Below, one piece after another: positions 25,188 to 34,520 of a stretch of DNA of 64,000 nucleotides. The position numbers and the translations under genes were made by a program. Under the pieces are notes generated by a model. The model did not search any database. It was not told where the DNA came from and worked only from the letters and a program-made list of their open reading frames with translations. Within the stretch, counting starts at the first letter, position 1, and every line of letters starts with the position of its first letter. The DNA is from an uncultured delta proteobacterium (GTDB lineage Bacteria > Desulfobacterota > DSM-4660 > Desulfatiglandales > HGW-15), in contig CAVPDE010000011.1 of the NCBI GenBank assembly GCA_963702565.1, positions 40,918 to 104,917 on the forward strand. Direction: 5' to 3'.

Positions 25188-26000
25188 TCATCCCGCATTC
25201 TTGGATTTGAGTTTTCTCTTGAGCTTGCCCCACGTCCCTTCCTTTGTGACTTCCAAAAGGATGACCGTAATGTTGTCTCCTCCGCCTCCGCGATTGGCCT
25301 CGTCGATCAGAACCTCCGCTTTTCTTTCAAGGGAAATGGAGAAATCGTCCAGAATGGTCTTGATGGAGGGTTGAGGGACGAAATTCGTGAGTCCGTCGGT
25401 GCACATGAGGAGAAGGTCCCCCGCCTCAGGACGGATGGGGCTGACGAACACGTTGACCTTCTGAGTCAGGCCGAGCACTCTCGTCAGGATATTCTTGATC
25501 AGGGGGTTGCTTTCTTCAGATTGACCGATCAACCCGATGCTCTTTTGCTCCGCCTCCATGGAGTGTTCCTCGGAGACCTGGATCAGCCGGCCATGATCGA
25601 AAAGATAAACCGGGCTGTCGCCTACATTGGCGACCCAGAGGACATCCTTGTCCACAAGCAGAGCCGATACCGTGGACCCCATGCGATGATACTGGGGCTT
25701 CTTTTGACCCTCATGGATCAGCATGTTGCACAACACAATGGAGTTGATCAGGTGCTTGGCGTTGTCGGAGATGTCCCGGTCGATCGGGGACAGGAAGGGC
25801 GGAAAATTCCCGCTGCGCACTTTCCGCCAGTAGTCGGACATCGTGTGGACCACCATCCGGCTCGCCACTTCCCCAGCCTTGTGGCCGCCCATTCCGTCGG
25901 CCACCACGTAGAGATCAAGAGCCGGATCAACGAAGAAGCTGTCTTCATTGATCTTGCGTTTGAGACCCTTGTCCGATTTCCCTATGGTTTCGATCTTCAT
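25188..26000 (-). CDS. PP2C-family Ser/Thr protein phosphatase (Stp-like)
   Basis: RKINEDSF, VADGMGGH, and GGGDN in the C-terminal part. Confidence 0.9.
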   Translation of the reverse strand: MKIETIGKSDKGLKRKINEDSFFVDPALDLYVVADGMGGHKAGEVASRMVVHTMSDYWRKVRSGNFPPFLSPIDRDISDNAKHLINSIVLCNMLIHEGQKKPQYHRMGSTVSALLVDKDVLWVANVGDSPVYLFDHGRLIQVSEEHSMEAEQKSIGLIGQSEESNPLIKNILTRVLGLTQKVNVFVSPIRPEAGDLLLMCTDGLTNFVPQPSIKTILDDFSISLERKAEVLIDEANRGGGGDNITVILLEVTKEGTWGKLKRKLKSKNAG

Positions 26001-26033
26001 ACAATCAACTGCAGGCAGAAGCCTCCATTTGCA

Positions 26034-26604
26034 TTACAACGTGAGATAGGGTTTCATCCTCGCGTAGAACTTGGGACCGATGCCGGGGATTCCCATGATC
26101 TCGTCCAGGCTTTTGAAGCCCCCGCGCTTCGCTCGTTCCTCCACAATGGCCTTTGCCGTGTTTTTCCCTATGCCCGGCAGAGCCGTGAGCCCCTCCTCGG
26201 ACTCGGTGTTTACCGAGATGGGAAGCCCAAGCGTGATTTTGTAGAAAGAAGGGATCTCATGGGGCTGAACCCTCAGGGCTCCTCCCTCCTTTGTCACGGA
26301 GATCCCGGAATTGGGGATGAGGGGCAGATCCGGGGGCGGAAGTTTCCCTTCCCGAAGCCCCCCGGCCTTCTGGATCAACTCGCCAAGGGTGGGGGCGTCA
26401 CAAAAGGAATAGACGCCGGGGTGACCTGATCTCTCCTTCGATATGGACATAGACAGGGGACAGGCAAGGAAGAGTCTCCGCCCCATGCCTGTAAGGCGCA
26501 GGCTTCAGCAAGTGAAGCAGGAAAAGGATCAGGAGAAGAACCCATAGCCCTGGGGTTCCGTCACCGATCCTCTGTGGGGCCGTTTTCCAGCTCAAAGGCT
26601 TCAT
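26034..26604 (-). pseudogene. comEA: ComEA-like DNA-binding protein (TM + SLBB + tandem HhH), interrupted by a 1-nt frameshift
   Basis: Track ORF 26398-26643 carries the TM helix and VYVHIEGEIRSP. Track ORF 26034-26486 carries HPGVYSF...AGGL and LPGIGKNTAKAI...IPGIGPKF. The two frames join as GEIRSPGVYSF if one C of the CCCC run (plus-strand GGGG 26417-26420) is removed. Confidence 0.7.
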
Positions 26605-27793
26605 GAAGAACGCGCACCGCCAGCTCCGTGTATTTTTCTTCAAGGATGCAGGATATCTTGATTTCCGAGGTGGTGATCATGAGGATGTTGATGTTTTCCT
26701 TGGCCAGGATGTGAAACATCTTCTGCGCGACGCCCGCGTGGTTTCTCATGCCCACACCCACGATGGAGACCTTGGAAATATTCTCATCGCCCAGAACCTT
26801 CTCCGCCCCGATCTGCCTGGCCACTTCGCTCACGAGCTTCATGCTCTTCTGGAAATCCGGTTTGGGCACGGTGAAGGTCAGGTCCGTGCTTCCGTCCTCG
26901 CTCGTGTTCTGGACGATCATGTCGACAATGACGCCCGCTTTGAATATGGGCTCGAAAACCCGAGCTGCGGTGCCCGGCCGGTCCGGCACCCTTTTCACGG
27001 TGATCCGCGCTTCATTCTTGTTGTAGGCGACTCCTGAAACCAGAACCTTTTCCATATCCTTTGTTTCTGCTACCACCATCGTACCCCTTTCTTGCGTAAA
27101 GGTTGATCGGACATGAATGGGCACATTGTACTTCTTGGCGAACTCCACCGAACGGATCTCAAGCACCTTGGCCCCGAGGCTGGCCAGCTCGAGCATCTCG
27201 TCATAGGAGATGGCATCCATCTTCCGGGCCCTGGGGCAGATGTTGGGGTCGGTGGTGTAGACGCCCTTCACGTCGGTGTAGATCTCGCACACGTCCGCAT
27301 GAAGAGCGGCGGCCAGGGCCACGGCCGTGGTGTCTGAGCCGCCCCGGCCCAGGGTCGTGATGTTCCCCTTCTCATCCAGCCCCTGAAAACCGGCCACCGC
27401 CACAATGCGGTTTTTCTCCAGCTCCTTGAAGATCCTTGTGGCATCGATCTCCTGGATTCTCGCTTTGCCGTAGAGCTGATCCGTGCGGATCGCCGCCTGG
27501 AACCCGAGAAGAGACCGCGCATCAAACCCCATGGACTTCAGGGCCATGGCGAAGAGCGCCACGGTCACCTGCTCGCCCGTGGCCATGAGCACGTCCAGCT
27601 CCCTCGGATCCGGCTCCTCGCACATCTCCTTGGCCAGGCGAATCAGGCCGTCGGTCTGGCCGGCCATGGCGGAGAGGACCACCACCATGCGGTTGCCCTG
27701 TTTGTAATCCTCCAGAACCCTCTTGGCCACATTCCGGATCTTCTCGATGCTGCCGACCGATGTTCCTCCGTACTTCTGAACGATGAGTGCCAT
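26561..27793 (-). CDS. lysC: Aspartate kinase
   Basis: [21 protein letters not shown] and C-terminal ACT domains. The start was moved to ATG 27791-27793. Confidence 0.95.
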   Translation of the reverse strand: MALIVQKYGGTSVGSIEKIRNVAKRVLEDYKQGNRMVVVLSAMAGQTDGLIRLAKEMCEEPDPRELDVLMATGEQVTVALFAMALKSMGFDARSLLGFQAAIRTDQLYGKARIQEIDATRIFKELEKNRIVAVAGFQGLDEKGNITTLGRGGSDTTAVALAAALHADVCEIYTDVKGVYTTDPNICPRARKMDAISYDEMLELASLGAKVLEIRSVEFAKKYNVPIHVRSTFTQERGTMVVAETKDMEKVLVSGVAYNKNEARITVKRVPDRPGTAARVFEPIFKAGVIVDMIVQNTSEDGSTDLTFTVPKPDFQKSMKLVSEVARQIGAEKVLGDENISKVSIVGVGMRNHAGVAQKMFHILAKENINILMITTSEIKISCILEEKYTELAVRVLHEAFELENGPTEDR

Positions 27794-27967
27794 AACCCCC
27801 CTCGGTACATCCCGTAATCCCGGGGCGGGCCGACAAGGTGCAGCGGCAAGAGCCCCAAAAACAATTGTCGCAATATACACAATGATGGAGACGGAAACAA
27901 GCCCTCAGTGTCAGGGCTACCGCTCAGGGGCAAGGCCCGCCAAAAACACGGCGGGTAAATGCACGGT

Positions 27968-28471
27968 TCAAGGGGAGGTGGGGCAGGAATGAAAACTTGA
28001 AAGCGTTAGGTGCGCCATGATTTCAAACGCTCTGGTATGGCGGCCGGAGAGGATGAGGGTGCGGCGATGATCGTCAAGGATGAGCAGCTTGACCATGAGA
28101 GTCTGTTCAGGAAGGATTTCCGGCCACCGGTCGGCCCACTCCAGGACGACCACCCCGCCGCTGTAAATCATTTCTTCAATGCCTGCGGCGAGCGCTTCAT
28201 CCAGGGTTCCCAGCCGGTAGACGTCCATGTGAAACAGGGCGGCCCTGCCCTGGTACTGGTTGACGAGAGTGAAGGAAGGGCTGGTCACGATCGTTTTGGG
28301 GTTCACTCCGAGGCCAAGGGCAATCCCTTTGGTGAGCCAGGTTTTGCCGCTTCCCAATTCACCCACGAGGCCGACCACATCGCCCTCCAGGAGGAGACGC
28401 CCTATCTCTTGACCGACTCGAATCGTGTCCTGATCCGACTCCGTCGTGATCGTGAAAGTCTTTTCTTCCAA
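27968..28471 (-). CDS. tsaE: tRNA t6A37 biosynthesis ATPase TsaE
   Basis: GELGSGKTWLTKG, SPSFTLVNQY and EWADRW. Confidence 0.9.
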   Translation of the reverse strand: MEEKTFTITTESDQDTIRVGQEIGRLLLEGDVVGLVGELGSGKTWLTKGIALGLGVNPKTIVTSPSFTLVNQYQGRAALFHMDVYRLGTLDEALAAGIEEMIYSGGVVVLEWADRWPEILPEQTLMVKLLILDDHRRTLILSGRHTRAFEIMAHLTLSSFHSCPTSP

Positions 28472-28538
28472 ATCCGTGATAAGGGGTCCTTTTCAACTAA
28501 GCGTTCGAATGCAGTCCTGTGGCCGTGGCACCATGAAT

Positions 28539-28613
28539 AAGCAGTATGAAGTAGGCCGTATGCAGTAAGGAGGAAGCTCGCGGGCTAACTGCCTACTGCT
28601 TACTGCGTACTCC
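28539..28613. repeat. Inverted arrays of GCAGTA-type / TACTGC-type heptamer units
   Basis: AAGCAGTATGAAGTAGGCCGTATGCAGTAAGGAGG, the centre AAGCTCGCGGGCT, then AACTGCCTACTGCTTACTGCGTACTCC. Confidence 0.7.
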
Positions 28614-28675
28614 CTATTGGAGCACTGCGGATCAGCCCTAGCTCAAATGTTTCTAAACATCATGCAGTGAGATTC

Positions 28676-30292
28676 TCACCGGGGACTCCAAAGAGGCTGG
28701 TGAAAGTCTTGTTCCATGGGGGGCTGCTTGAGCGGCCATTCGGCCCGTGCCAGAGAAGAAGCCAGCCCAGGGATGACATCGAGAAGTTCACCGGCCAGGA
28801 TGCCGGACTGTCCCATGTCCTCGGAAAGCCGATCGGCAGCCAGCCCGTGAAGGTAGGCCCCGGCAGCAGCAGCTTTGGCCGGGGGCCATCCTCTTGCGAG
28901 AAACCCGCCGATGAGCCCTGTCAGCACATCTCCGGAACCGCCGCTGGAGAGAGCAGGATTCCCTGTGGGGTTGATGTGGATCTGCCCCTCGGGCTCAGCA
29001 ATGACCGTACGAGCCCCCTTCAAGACAAGACAGCACCTATGCTTCTGAGCAAAAGCTTCTGCGACGCCGATTCGATCGGCTTGAACCTCGGAGTTGCTGA
29101 TCCCGGCCAGCCTTGCCATTTCACCAGGGTGAGGGGTCAGGACCACTCGGCCCCTGCACTTGTCCAGGACGCCCAGATCAGAGGAAAGGGCATTCAATCC
29201 GTCCGCGTCAATCACCATGGGTAAAGGGCACCCGGCCACGATTCTCCTCACGAGTAAGCTTGTCTCCGCGTGAGTCGAAAGCCCGGGCCCGATAGCCACC
29301 GCTGTCTTGCCCTTCATAAGTCTGAAGATTTCTTTCTCCGCTTCCAGGGAGAGACTGGATTCCGCAGTCTCGGGCAGGGGGAAGGTCATGGCCTCGGTCA
29401 GCTTGTTTTCCAGAATGGGATTGAGACTTCGAGGGATGCCGAGAGTCACGAGGCCTGCTCCGGCCCTGAGAGCGCCGAGGGAGGTGAGGGTTGCGGCTCC
29501 TGTTTTCCCTGTCGATCCTGCGAGAACGAGCAGGTGACCCCTGTTGCCCTTGTGGATGTCCGGTTTTTCTGAAGCGATGAGATCATGGAAATCCCCGGCT
29601 CCGATCAAACGGTAACGGCCGGGGATTCGTTCGACTACCGCGTCAGGGATTCCGATGTCGATTTGAACCAGTCGGCCCACCAGACCGGCACCCGGGAAAA
29701 CCAGTTGCCCAACCTTGGGGAGACCGAAGGTGATAGTCAGGTCGGCCTGGACAGCGACCCCCATGACCTGCCCGGTGTCGGCATTCAAGCCGGACGGGAT
29801 ATCGATCGCTGTCACGGGTTTGTTCGCCCTGTTGAGGTCGTCTATAACCCGGGCATAGAACCCTCGGACCGATGAATTGAGCCCTGTGCCCAGAAGGCCG
29901 TCGATGATGAAGTCGCAATCTTTAAGCAGGCGCCGCTGCTTTTTCCATTGCGCCTCAGAGGTCACTTCCAGAAGGTCCAGGCCCATCCGCCTGAGGATTT
30001 GGAGATTGATGAGGGCATCCCCCGCTATTTTACTGAATTCCGCAAGAACCAGGACCGTCACCTTGAGCCCGGCTTCGGAGAGAACCCTCGCCATCACGTA
30101 ACCGTCCCCACCGTTGTTCCCTCGACCGCAGAGAATGAGCACTCGGGAATGAGGGGGTGGAGCAAAGTGAGCCAGAAACACCCTGCTGGCTCCCCTGGCA
30201 GCGTTTTCCATGAGGACCACACCGGGGATGCCGATTTCCTCTATCGTGAGGCGGTCCATCTCTTGCATTTCAGAGGCTTTGACCAATCTCAT
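28676..30292 (-). CDS. nnr: Bifunctional NAD(P)H-hydrate repair enzyme (epimerase + ADP-dependent dehydratase)
   Basis: The YjeF-N pattern (GRGNNGGDG) and the YjeF-C carbohydrate-kinase pattern (GGSGDVLTG) are both present. The start was moved to ATG 30290-30292. Confidence 0.9.
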   Translation of the reverse strand: MRLVKASEMQEMDRLTIEEIGIPGVVLMENAARGASRVFLAHFAPPPHSRVLILCGRGNNGGDGYVMARVLSEAGLKVTVLVLAEFSKIAGDALINLQILRRMGLDLLEVTSEAQWKKQRRLLKDCDFIIDGLLGTGLNSSVRGFYARVIDDLNRANKPVTAIDIPSGLNADTGQVMGVAVQADLTITFGLPKVGQLVFPGAGLVGRLVQIDIGIPDAVVERIPGRYRLIGAGDFHDLIASEKPDIHKGNRGHLLVLAGSTGKTGAATLTSLGALRAGAGLVTLGIPRSLNPILENKLTEAMTFPLPETAESSLSLEAEKEIFRLMKGKTAVAIGPGLSTHAETSLLVRRIVAGCPLPMVIDADGLNALSSDLGVLDKCRGRVVLTPHPGEMARLAGISNSEVQADRIGVAEAFAQKHRCCLVLKGARTVIAEPEGQIHINPTGNPALSSGGSGDVLTGLIGGFLARGWPPAKAAAAGAYLHGLAADRLSEDMGQSGILAGELLDVIPGLASSLARAEWPLKQPPMEQDFHQPLWSPR

Positions 30293-30671
30293 CGTTTCCC
30301 TCAAGGACCACCACAGCCATACCGTAGCGGCCTTCATCGGAAAGGCTCAGGTGAAAACGGGTGATCTGTTTTTCACGGCAGATCTCCGAGGATCTGCCCT
30401 GAAGTCTCAGGGCGGGCCGCCCTCCAGGGTGGTGGAAGACCTCAATGTCCCGCCACCGGATCCCTCTCCGCATTCCAAGCCCGATGGCTTTGGAAAAGGC
30501 CTCCTTGGCTGCGAATCGAAGAGCCAAAGGAGAGGCCGGGTACGCTCTTTTGAAGCAAAACTCCGCTTCCTGGTCCGTGAAAACTCTCTTCACGAAACGA
30601 TCTCCCCACCTCTGGAGCACCGTTTCCAGGCGCTGGATATTCACGAGATCAATGCCCACACCAAAGATCAT
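30270..30671 (-). CDS. acpS: Holo-[acyl-carrier-protein] synthase
   Basis: MIFGVGIDLV, FAAKEAFSKA and LSLSDE. Confidence 0.9.
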   Translation of the reverse strand: MIFGVGIDLVNIQRLETVLQRWGDRFVKRVFTDQEAEFCFKRAYPASPLALRFAAKEAFSKAIGLGMRRGIRWRDIEVFHHPGGRPALRLQGRSSEICREKQITRFHLSLSDEGRYGMAVVVLEGNDEIGQSL

Positions 30672-30677
30672 TGAAGA

Positions 30678-30882
30678 AGTGCCTAAAGTGTACTAAAGTG
30701 TCTAAAATGCCTAAAGTTGAAAAAGAGAATACAGAATCAAAAGAATGGAGTGTTGGAGTAGTGGAGTGATGGAGTATTGGGTTTAAACCAGTACTCCAGT
30801 GCTCCAACGCTCCATTACTCCATGCTATTAACAGCAACGGACAACTGACTATTGATCACGGACTCCAGGCAACAAGCAACCT
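30678..30882. repeat. Composite spacer element: CTAAAGTG units, a TGGAGTNN / NNACTCCA inverted arrays hairpin and seven heptamers
   Basis: Modules: 30678-30718 units; 30745-30780 ATGGAGTG TTGGAGTA GTGGAGTG ATGGAGTA TTGG; centre GTTTAAA; 30788-30823 CCAGTACT CCAGTGCT CCAACGCT CCATTACT CCAT; 30834-30882 GCAACGG ACAACTG ACTATTG ATCACGG ACTCCAG GCAACAA GCAACCT. The element ends one nucleotide before the pdxJ stop codon. Confidence 0.85.
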
Positions 30883-30883
30883 G

Positions 30884-31603
30884 CTAAAAACCCTTCACCA
30901 GTTCCACCATCTCCCTGACGGCCCGGTCAAAGCCGACGTAGATCGCTCTGGCCACAATGCTGTGCCCGATGCTGTACTCCTCGACCTTGGGCAGGGCTTT
31001 GAATCTCTGCACGTTGACGTAGTTGAGACCATGTCCTGCGCTGATGCCCAAGTCAACTCTCGCGGCGGTTTCGGCAGCCCTTGCAATCCTGTCGAATTGC
31101 CTGCGGGCCTCTGACTCGGATCGGGACTCGGCATAGTGCCCCGTGTGTATCTCCACAATATCAGCTCCAATAGCGTGACTGACTTCAATCTGCGCCGGAT
31201 CAGGGTCCACGAAGAGGCTCACTTCAATCCCTTTCTGCTGGAGCTGACGAATCACCTTCTTGTAGAGACCTGCCTTGGCTTTGACGTCCAACCCGCCCTC
31301 TGTGGTGAGTTCTTCTCTTTTCTCAGGGACCAGGGTGACGAGATCCGGTTGGATCCTGCGCGCAATCCGAACCATTTCAGAGGTTGCCGCCATTTCCAGG
31401 TTCAGTTTGGTCTTGACGACCTGGCGAAGCAGGAGCACATCTCTGTCCTGAATGTGACGCCGATCCTCTCTCAGGTGACAGATGATTCCAACGGCACCGG
31501 CCAGCTCTGCGATTCCTGCTGCTATGACCGGGTCAGGCTCGGTAATCCCCCTTGCCTGCCGAACCGTAGCCACATGATCCACATTGACGGCTAAACGCGC
31601 CAT
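30884..31603 (-). CDS. pdxJ: Pyridoxine 5'-phosphate synthase
   Basis: LAVNVDHVATVRQARG, HLREDRRHI and IEIHTG. Confidence 0.95.
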   Translation of the reverse strand: MARLAVNVDHVATVRQARGITEPDPVIAAGIAELAGAVGIICHLREDRRHIQDRDVLLLRQVVKTKLNLEMAATSEMVRIARRIQPDLVTLVPEKREELTTEGGLDVKAKAGLYKKVIRQLQQKGIEVSLFVDPDPAQIEVSHAIGADIVEIHTGHYAESRSESEARRQFDRIARAAETAARVDLGISAGHGLNYVNVQRFKALPKVEEYSIGHSIVARAIYVGFDRAVREMVELVKGF

Positions 31604-31654
31604 AGCTTCCCTCCCGTCTTGAAAAGCCCCCTCTCCTCGTGCTTTGAAAGAAAA

Positions 31655-32095
31655 TCAATCCTCCATCACAAGGGTCATGAGCCTGTTTTCTTCCCTTCTC
31701 ATCCGAAGTGCTTGTTTCGAAGAACCCTCGTGATCATGCCCCAGCAAATGGAGAATGCCGTGGATCAGGAGCCGGTCCACGGTGCGCTGGAGAGGTTCCC
31801 CCAACTCCCGGGATTCTGAAAGGGCTGTGTCCATGGAGATGACCACATCCCCGAGCATGCCTGACGGGAGGTGAGGGGAGGAGCCGGAGAGCATGGGAAA
31901 TGCCAGGACGTTGGTCGGGCCCTGTCTCTTGAGGTACTGTTGATTGAGCTCCGCGATCCTTTTATCATCGGTGAACAGGACGCTCAGCTCACCCTCATGA
32001 AAGTCCAAGTCTTCTAAGAGTCTCCTCAACTTCCGCTTTATCGTCCGGCTTGCGAGTCCCGGAATCTTCCGCTGGAACGTGATCTGAACTTCCAT
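31655..32095 (-). CDS. ybeY: rRNA maturation endoribonuclease YbeY
   Basis: HGILHLLGHDHE metal-binding motif. It overlaps the upstream gene's 3' end by about 100 nt if ATG 32095 is used. Confidence 0.9.
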   Translation of the reverse strand: MEVQITFQRKIPGLASRTIKRKLRRLLEDLDFHEGELSVLFTDDKRIAELNQQYLKRQGPTNVLAFPMLSGSSPHLPSGMLGDVVISMDTALSESRELGEPLQRTVDRLLIHGILHLLGHDHEGSSKQALRMRREENRLMTLVMED

Positions 32096-34520
32096 TTTTT
32101 GCCTTCTTGACTTGGCCTGGGACCGTCTCAGGATACTCGATGCGATGATGAAAAATACCGCTCAGGGTCTTGTTGAAGCCCTTGGCGATCTCGTGAAGAT
32201 CCTTCAGGGTGAGTTCGCAGGCGTCCAGCTGCCCGTCGGAAAAGACCTTGTTGATGATCTTTTGCACCATGCCCTGGATGCGGGCCGGGGTCGGGTCAAC
32301 CAGAGATCTTGAGGCGGCCTCGACCATGTCGGCCAGCATGACAAGACCGGCTTCTTTGGTTTGGGGCTTCGGGCCGGGGTAACGGAAATCCTCTTCTTTG
32401 ATTTCAGTGACCTTTCCACTCTTGGAAAGCTGCCGCTCCTGAGCCTTGTGATAAAAATAGGAGATCAGGCTGGTCCCGTGATGCTGCTGGATGATATCGA
32501 TAATTTCTCTCCCCAGCTTTTGTTCCTTGGCGAGCTCCACGGCATCTTTGACATGGGAGATCAGGATCAGGCTGCTCATGGAAGGGGCGAGCTTCTCGTG
32601 CTTGTTCTCTGCCCCGGCCTGGTTTTCGATGAAGTAGAGGGGCTTTTTCATTTTTCCGATGTCATGGTAATAGGCGCTCACCTTGGCCAGAAGCGGATTG
32701 GCATGAACGGCTTTGGCCGTCGCCTCCACCATGTTGCTGATCACCACGCTGTGATGGTAGGTCCCCGGAGCCTGCACCATGAGCTCTCTCAGCAAAGGCT
32801 GATCCATGTTGCTCAGTTCGAGCAGCTTGATGTCCGTCGTGAAACCGAAAGCAATCTCCACGAGAGGCAGCACGCCGGTGGCGACGATACCCGCCAAAAG
32901 GCCTCCCATGAATCCTGTCAGGGAGGCAACGACGGCATCCAGCGTGTAGAGCCTTCCGTAGATCATCTGAACGGCAAGGCTCAAGATGATATTGATCAAT
33001 CCCGTCATGAGTCCGGCTTTGATCAGGATGACCCGCTCGGTACAATGTCTCACCCCGTAGGCCGCGACCAGGCTGCTGACAAAGAAGTAGACGAAAAGCT
33101 CCACCCTTGCGCCGGTGGCAAGGGAGGCAAAGACCGAGATGATCAGTGCAAAGGATGCGGCCGCTCCTACGCCCTGAAAGATGGAAATGAGCATGGCCCC
33201 AACCGCCACGGGCACTCCAAAAAGGAGAGCCTGAGAGGAGAGGTACGGGAAGCCCCGCTCGATCTCTCCGGCCACGAAATTGTAAGTCCAGGTGATCAGG
33301 AAAAGAGAAAGGAAGACCGAGGCGTCGAACAGAAGGTCTGCCGTGGATTTCGTTCTCATGAGCCCGACAAAATAGATGGAGGCAAAAAGAATCCCGATCA
33401 GGATGGCCATGGCCGGGATGCGGCCGATCAGGTCGATAGGGCGGAAGGTCTTGGTCTCCGCTTCGAGTTTCAGGACGTGCTCCGGGCCGATTCTCTCGCC
33501 CTCACGGACGATCATTTCCCCTTTCTTGATTTTGAAGAAGACTGGTTTCACAGTCTCTCTGGCAATCTCTCGTCTGGCTTCGGTCTCTCGCTGGTTAAAG
33601 GTGAGGTTGGGTCTGACCAGCGACTGGGCAAGTTTAATAGCCGCTTCAGCGATTTCAGCAGGGACTGCTTTGTCCTGCAGAACCTTGCTCTGATTTCTGA
33701 TGTAATTCCGTGCGGCCTGAAGATCAAAGAACCGGTCAAGATCCGTGACGGTGCTTTCCTTCTTGGAATAGATCTCGTGAAGAACAATGCCGCCCCGGTC
33801 CATGTGGGTTTTCATGGCCGTCTTACTCGTCACCACTCCCCGTTCCGAGATCTCGGTCACGAGGGTGATGACGCTTTCCTCTAAGGCAGAAGAAAACCCG
33901 AGGCGGGCGAGATGGTCAAATAGCCGATCGTCTACAGGGATCTCCATGATCCCGAAGAAGCGGTCTCTCGCCAGCACGTAAGCCTCGGGCTTTGGAGAAA
34001 GAGCCCTGTCCGGGGAAGTGCTGCTGCCGGCCCCCTGCCCGTTTTGGGCAGCGGCGTTCTTGAGACTATCCCTGGCCAGGTCAAAGGCTTCCCGGATGGA
34101 GGGGATCAGGTTCAGGGCAGAACCGTCAAAGTCGTAAACCATCTGGACTTCACGGCTTGCCTTTTCTCTGTCTTTTTCAGTCAGATCTTTGTTTTCCACG
34201 AGGAAGTCTTGAGACGCCTTGATCCCCCTGCTGGCCACATCCCCGACCTTGTAGGAGGGCGATCTAGTCAGCACATTTGGGGAAAGTAGTACGGCAACCA
34301 CCAGGCTGATGAAAATCAAGGTGATCCATCGGAGCCTCGCAGGGTTGACTTGCTGCCCCAGAAAAGCCCTCAGTTTCGCCCTGAGGTTGGCCTCCTGCTC
34401 GGGTTTCTTTCGAGGATTCAAACCTGAAATCGGTCTAACTTTTAATTTATCTGGCATACTCTTTTTAAAATACCCCGCAATCTGGAGGCCGGGGAAGAAA
34501 ACCGGGTGCGAAACCGTCAA
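31995..34520 (-). CDS. 7TM-receptor HD-domain phosphohydrolase (PgpH/YqfF type)
   Basis: 841 aa with an extracytoplasmic domain, a 7-TM block and a cytoplasmic HD domain (HHSVVISN...YYHDIGK). Confidence 0.85.
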   Translation of the reverse strand: MTVSHPVFFPGLQIAGYFKKSMPDKLKVRPISGLNPRKKPEQEANLRAKLRAFLGQQVNPARLRWITLIFISLVVAVLLSPNVLTRSPSYKVGDVASRGIKASQDFLVENKDLTEKDREKASREVQMVYDFDGSALNLIPSIREAFDLARDSLKNAAAQNGQGAGSSTSPDRALSPKPEAYVLARDRFFGIMEIPVDDRLFDHLARLGFSSALEESVITLVTEISERGVVTSKTAMKTHMDRGGIVLHEIYSKKESTVTDLDRFFDLQAARNYIRNQSKVLQDKAVPAEIAEAAIKLAQSLVRPNLTFNQRETEARREIARETVKPVFFKIKKGEMIVREGERIGPEHVLKLEAETKTFRPIDLIGRIPAMAILIGILFASIYFVGLMRTKSTADLLFDASVFLSLFLITWTYNFVAGEIERGFPYLSSQALLFGVPVAVGAMLISIFQGVGAAASFALIISVFASLATGARVELFVYFFVSSLVAAYGVRHCTERVILIKAGLMTGLINIILSLAVQMIYGRLYTLDAVVASLTGFMGGLLAGIVATGVLPLVEIAFGFTTDIKLLELSNMDQPLLRELMVQAPGTYHHSVVISNMVEATAKAVHANPLLAKVSAYYHDIGKMKKPLYFIENQAGAENKHEKLAPSMSSLILISHVKDAVELAKEQKLGREIIDIIQQHHGTSLISYFYHKAQERQLSKSGKVTEIKEEDFRYPGPKPQTKEAGLVMLADMVEAASRSLVDPTPARIQGMVQKIINKVFSDGQLDACELTLKDLHEIAKGFNKTLSGIFHHRIEYPETVPGQVKKAKNGSSDHVPAEDSGTRKPDDKAEVEETLRRLGLS

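Noticed and set aside
27794-27967. A lysine riboswitch (L-box) upstream of lysC.
   Set aside because: Only about 170 nt are available. Part of this is taken by terminator-like hairpins of tsaE. No five-helix junction or conserved L-box core sequences were recognisable.
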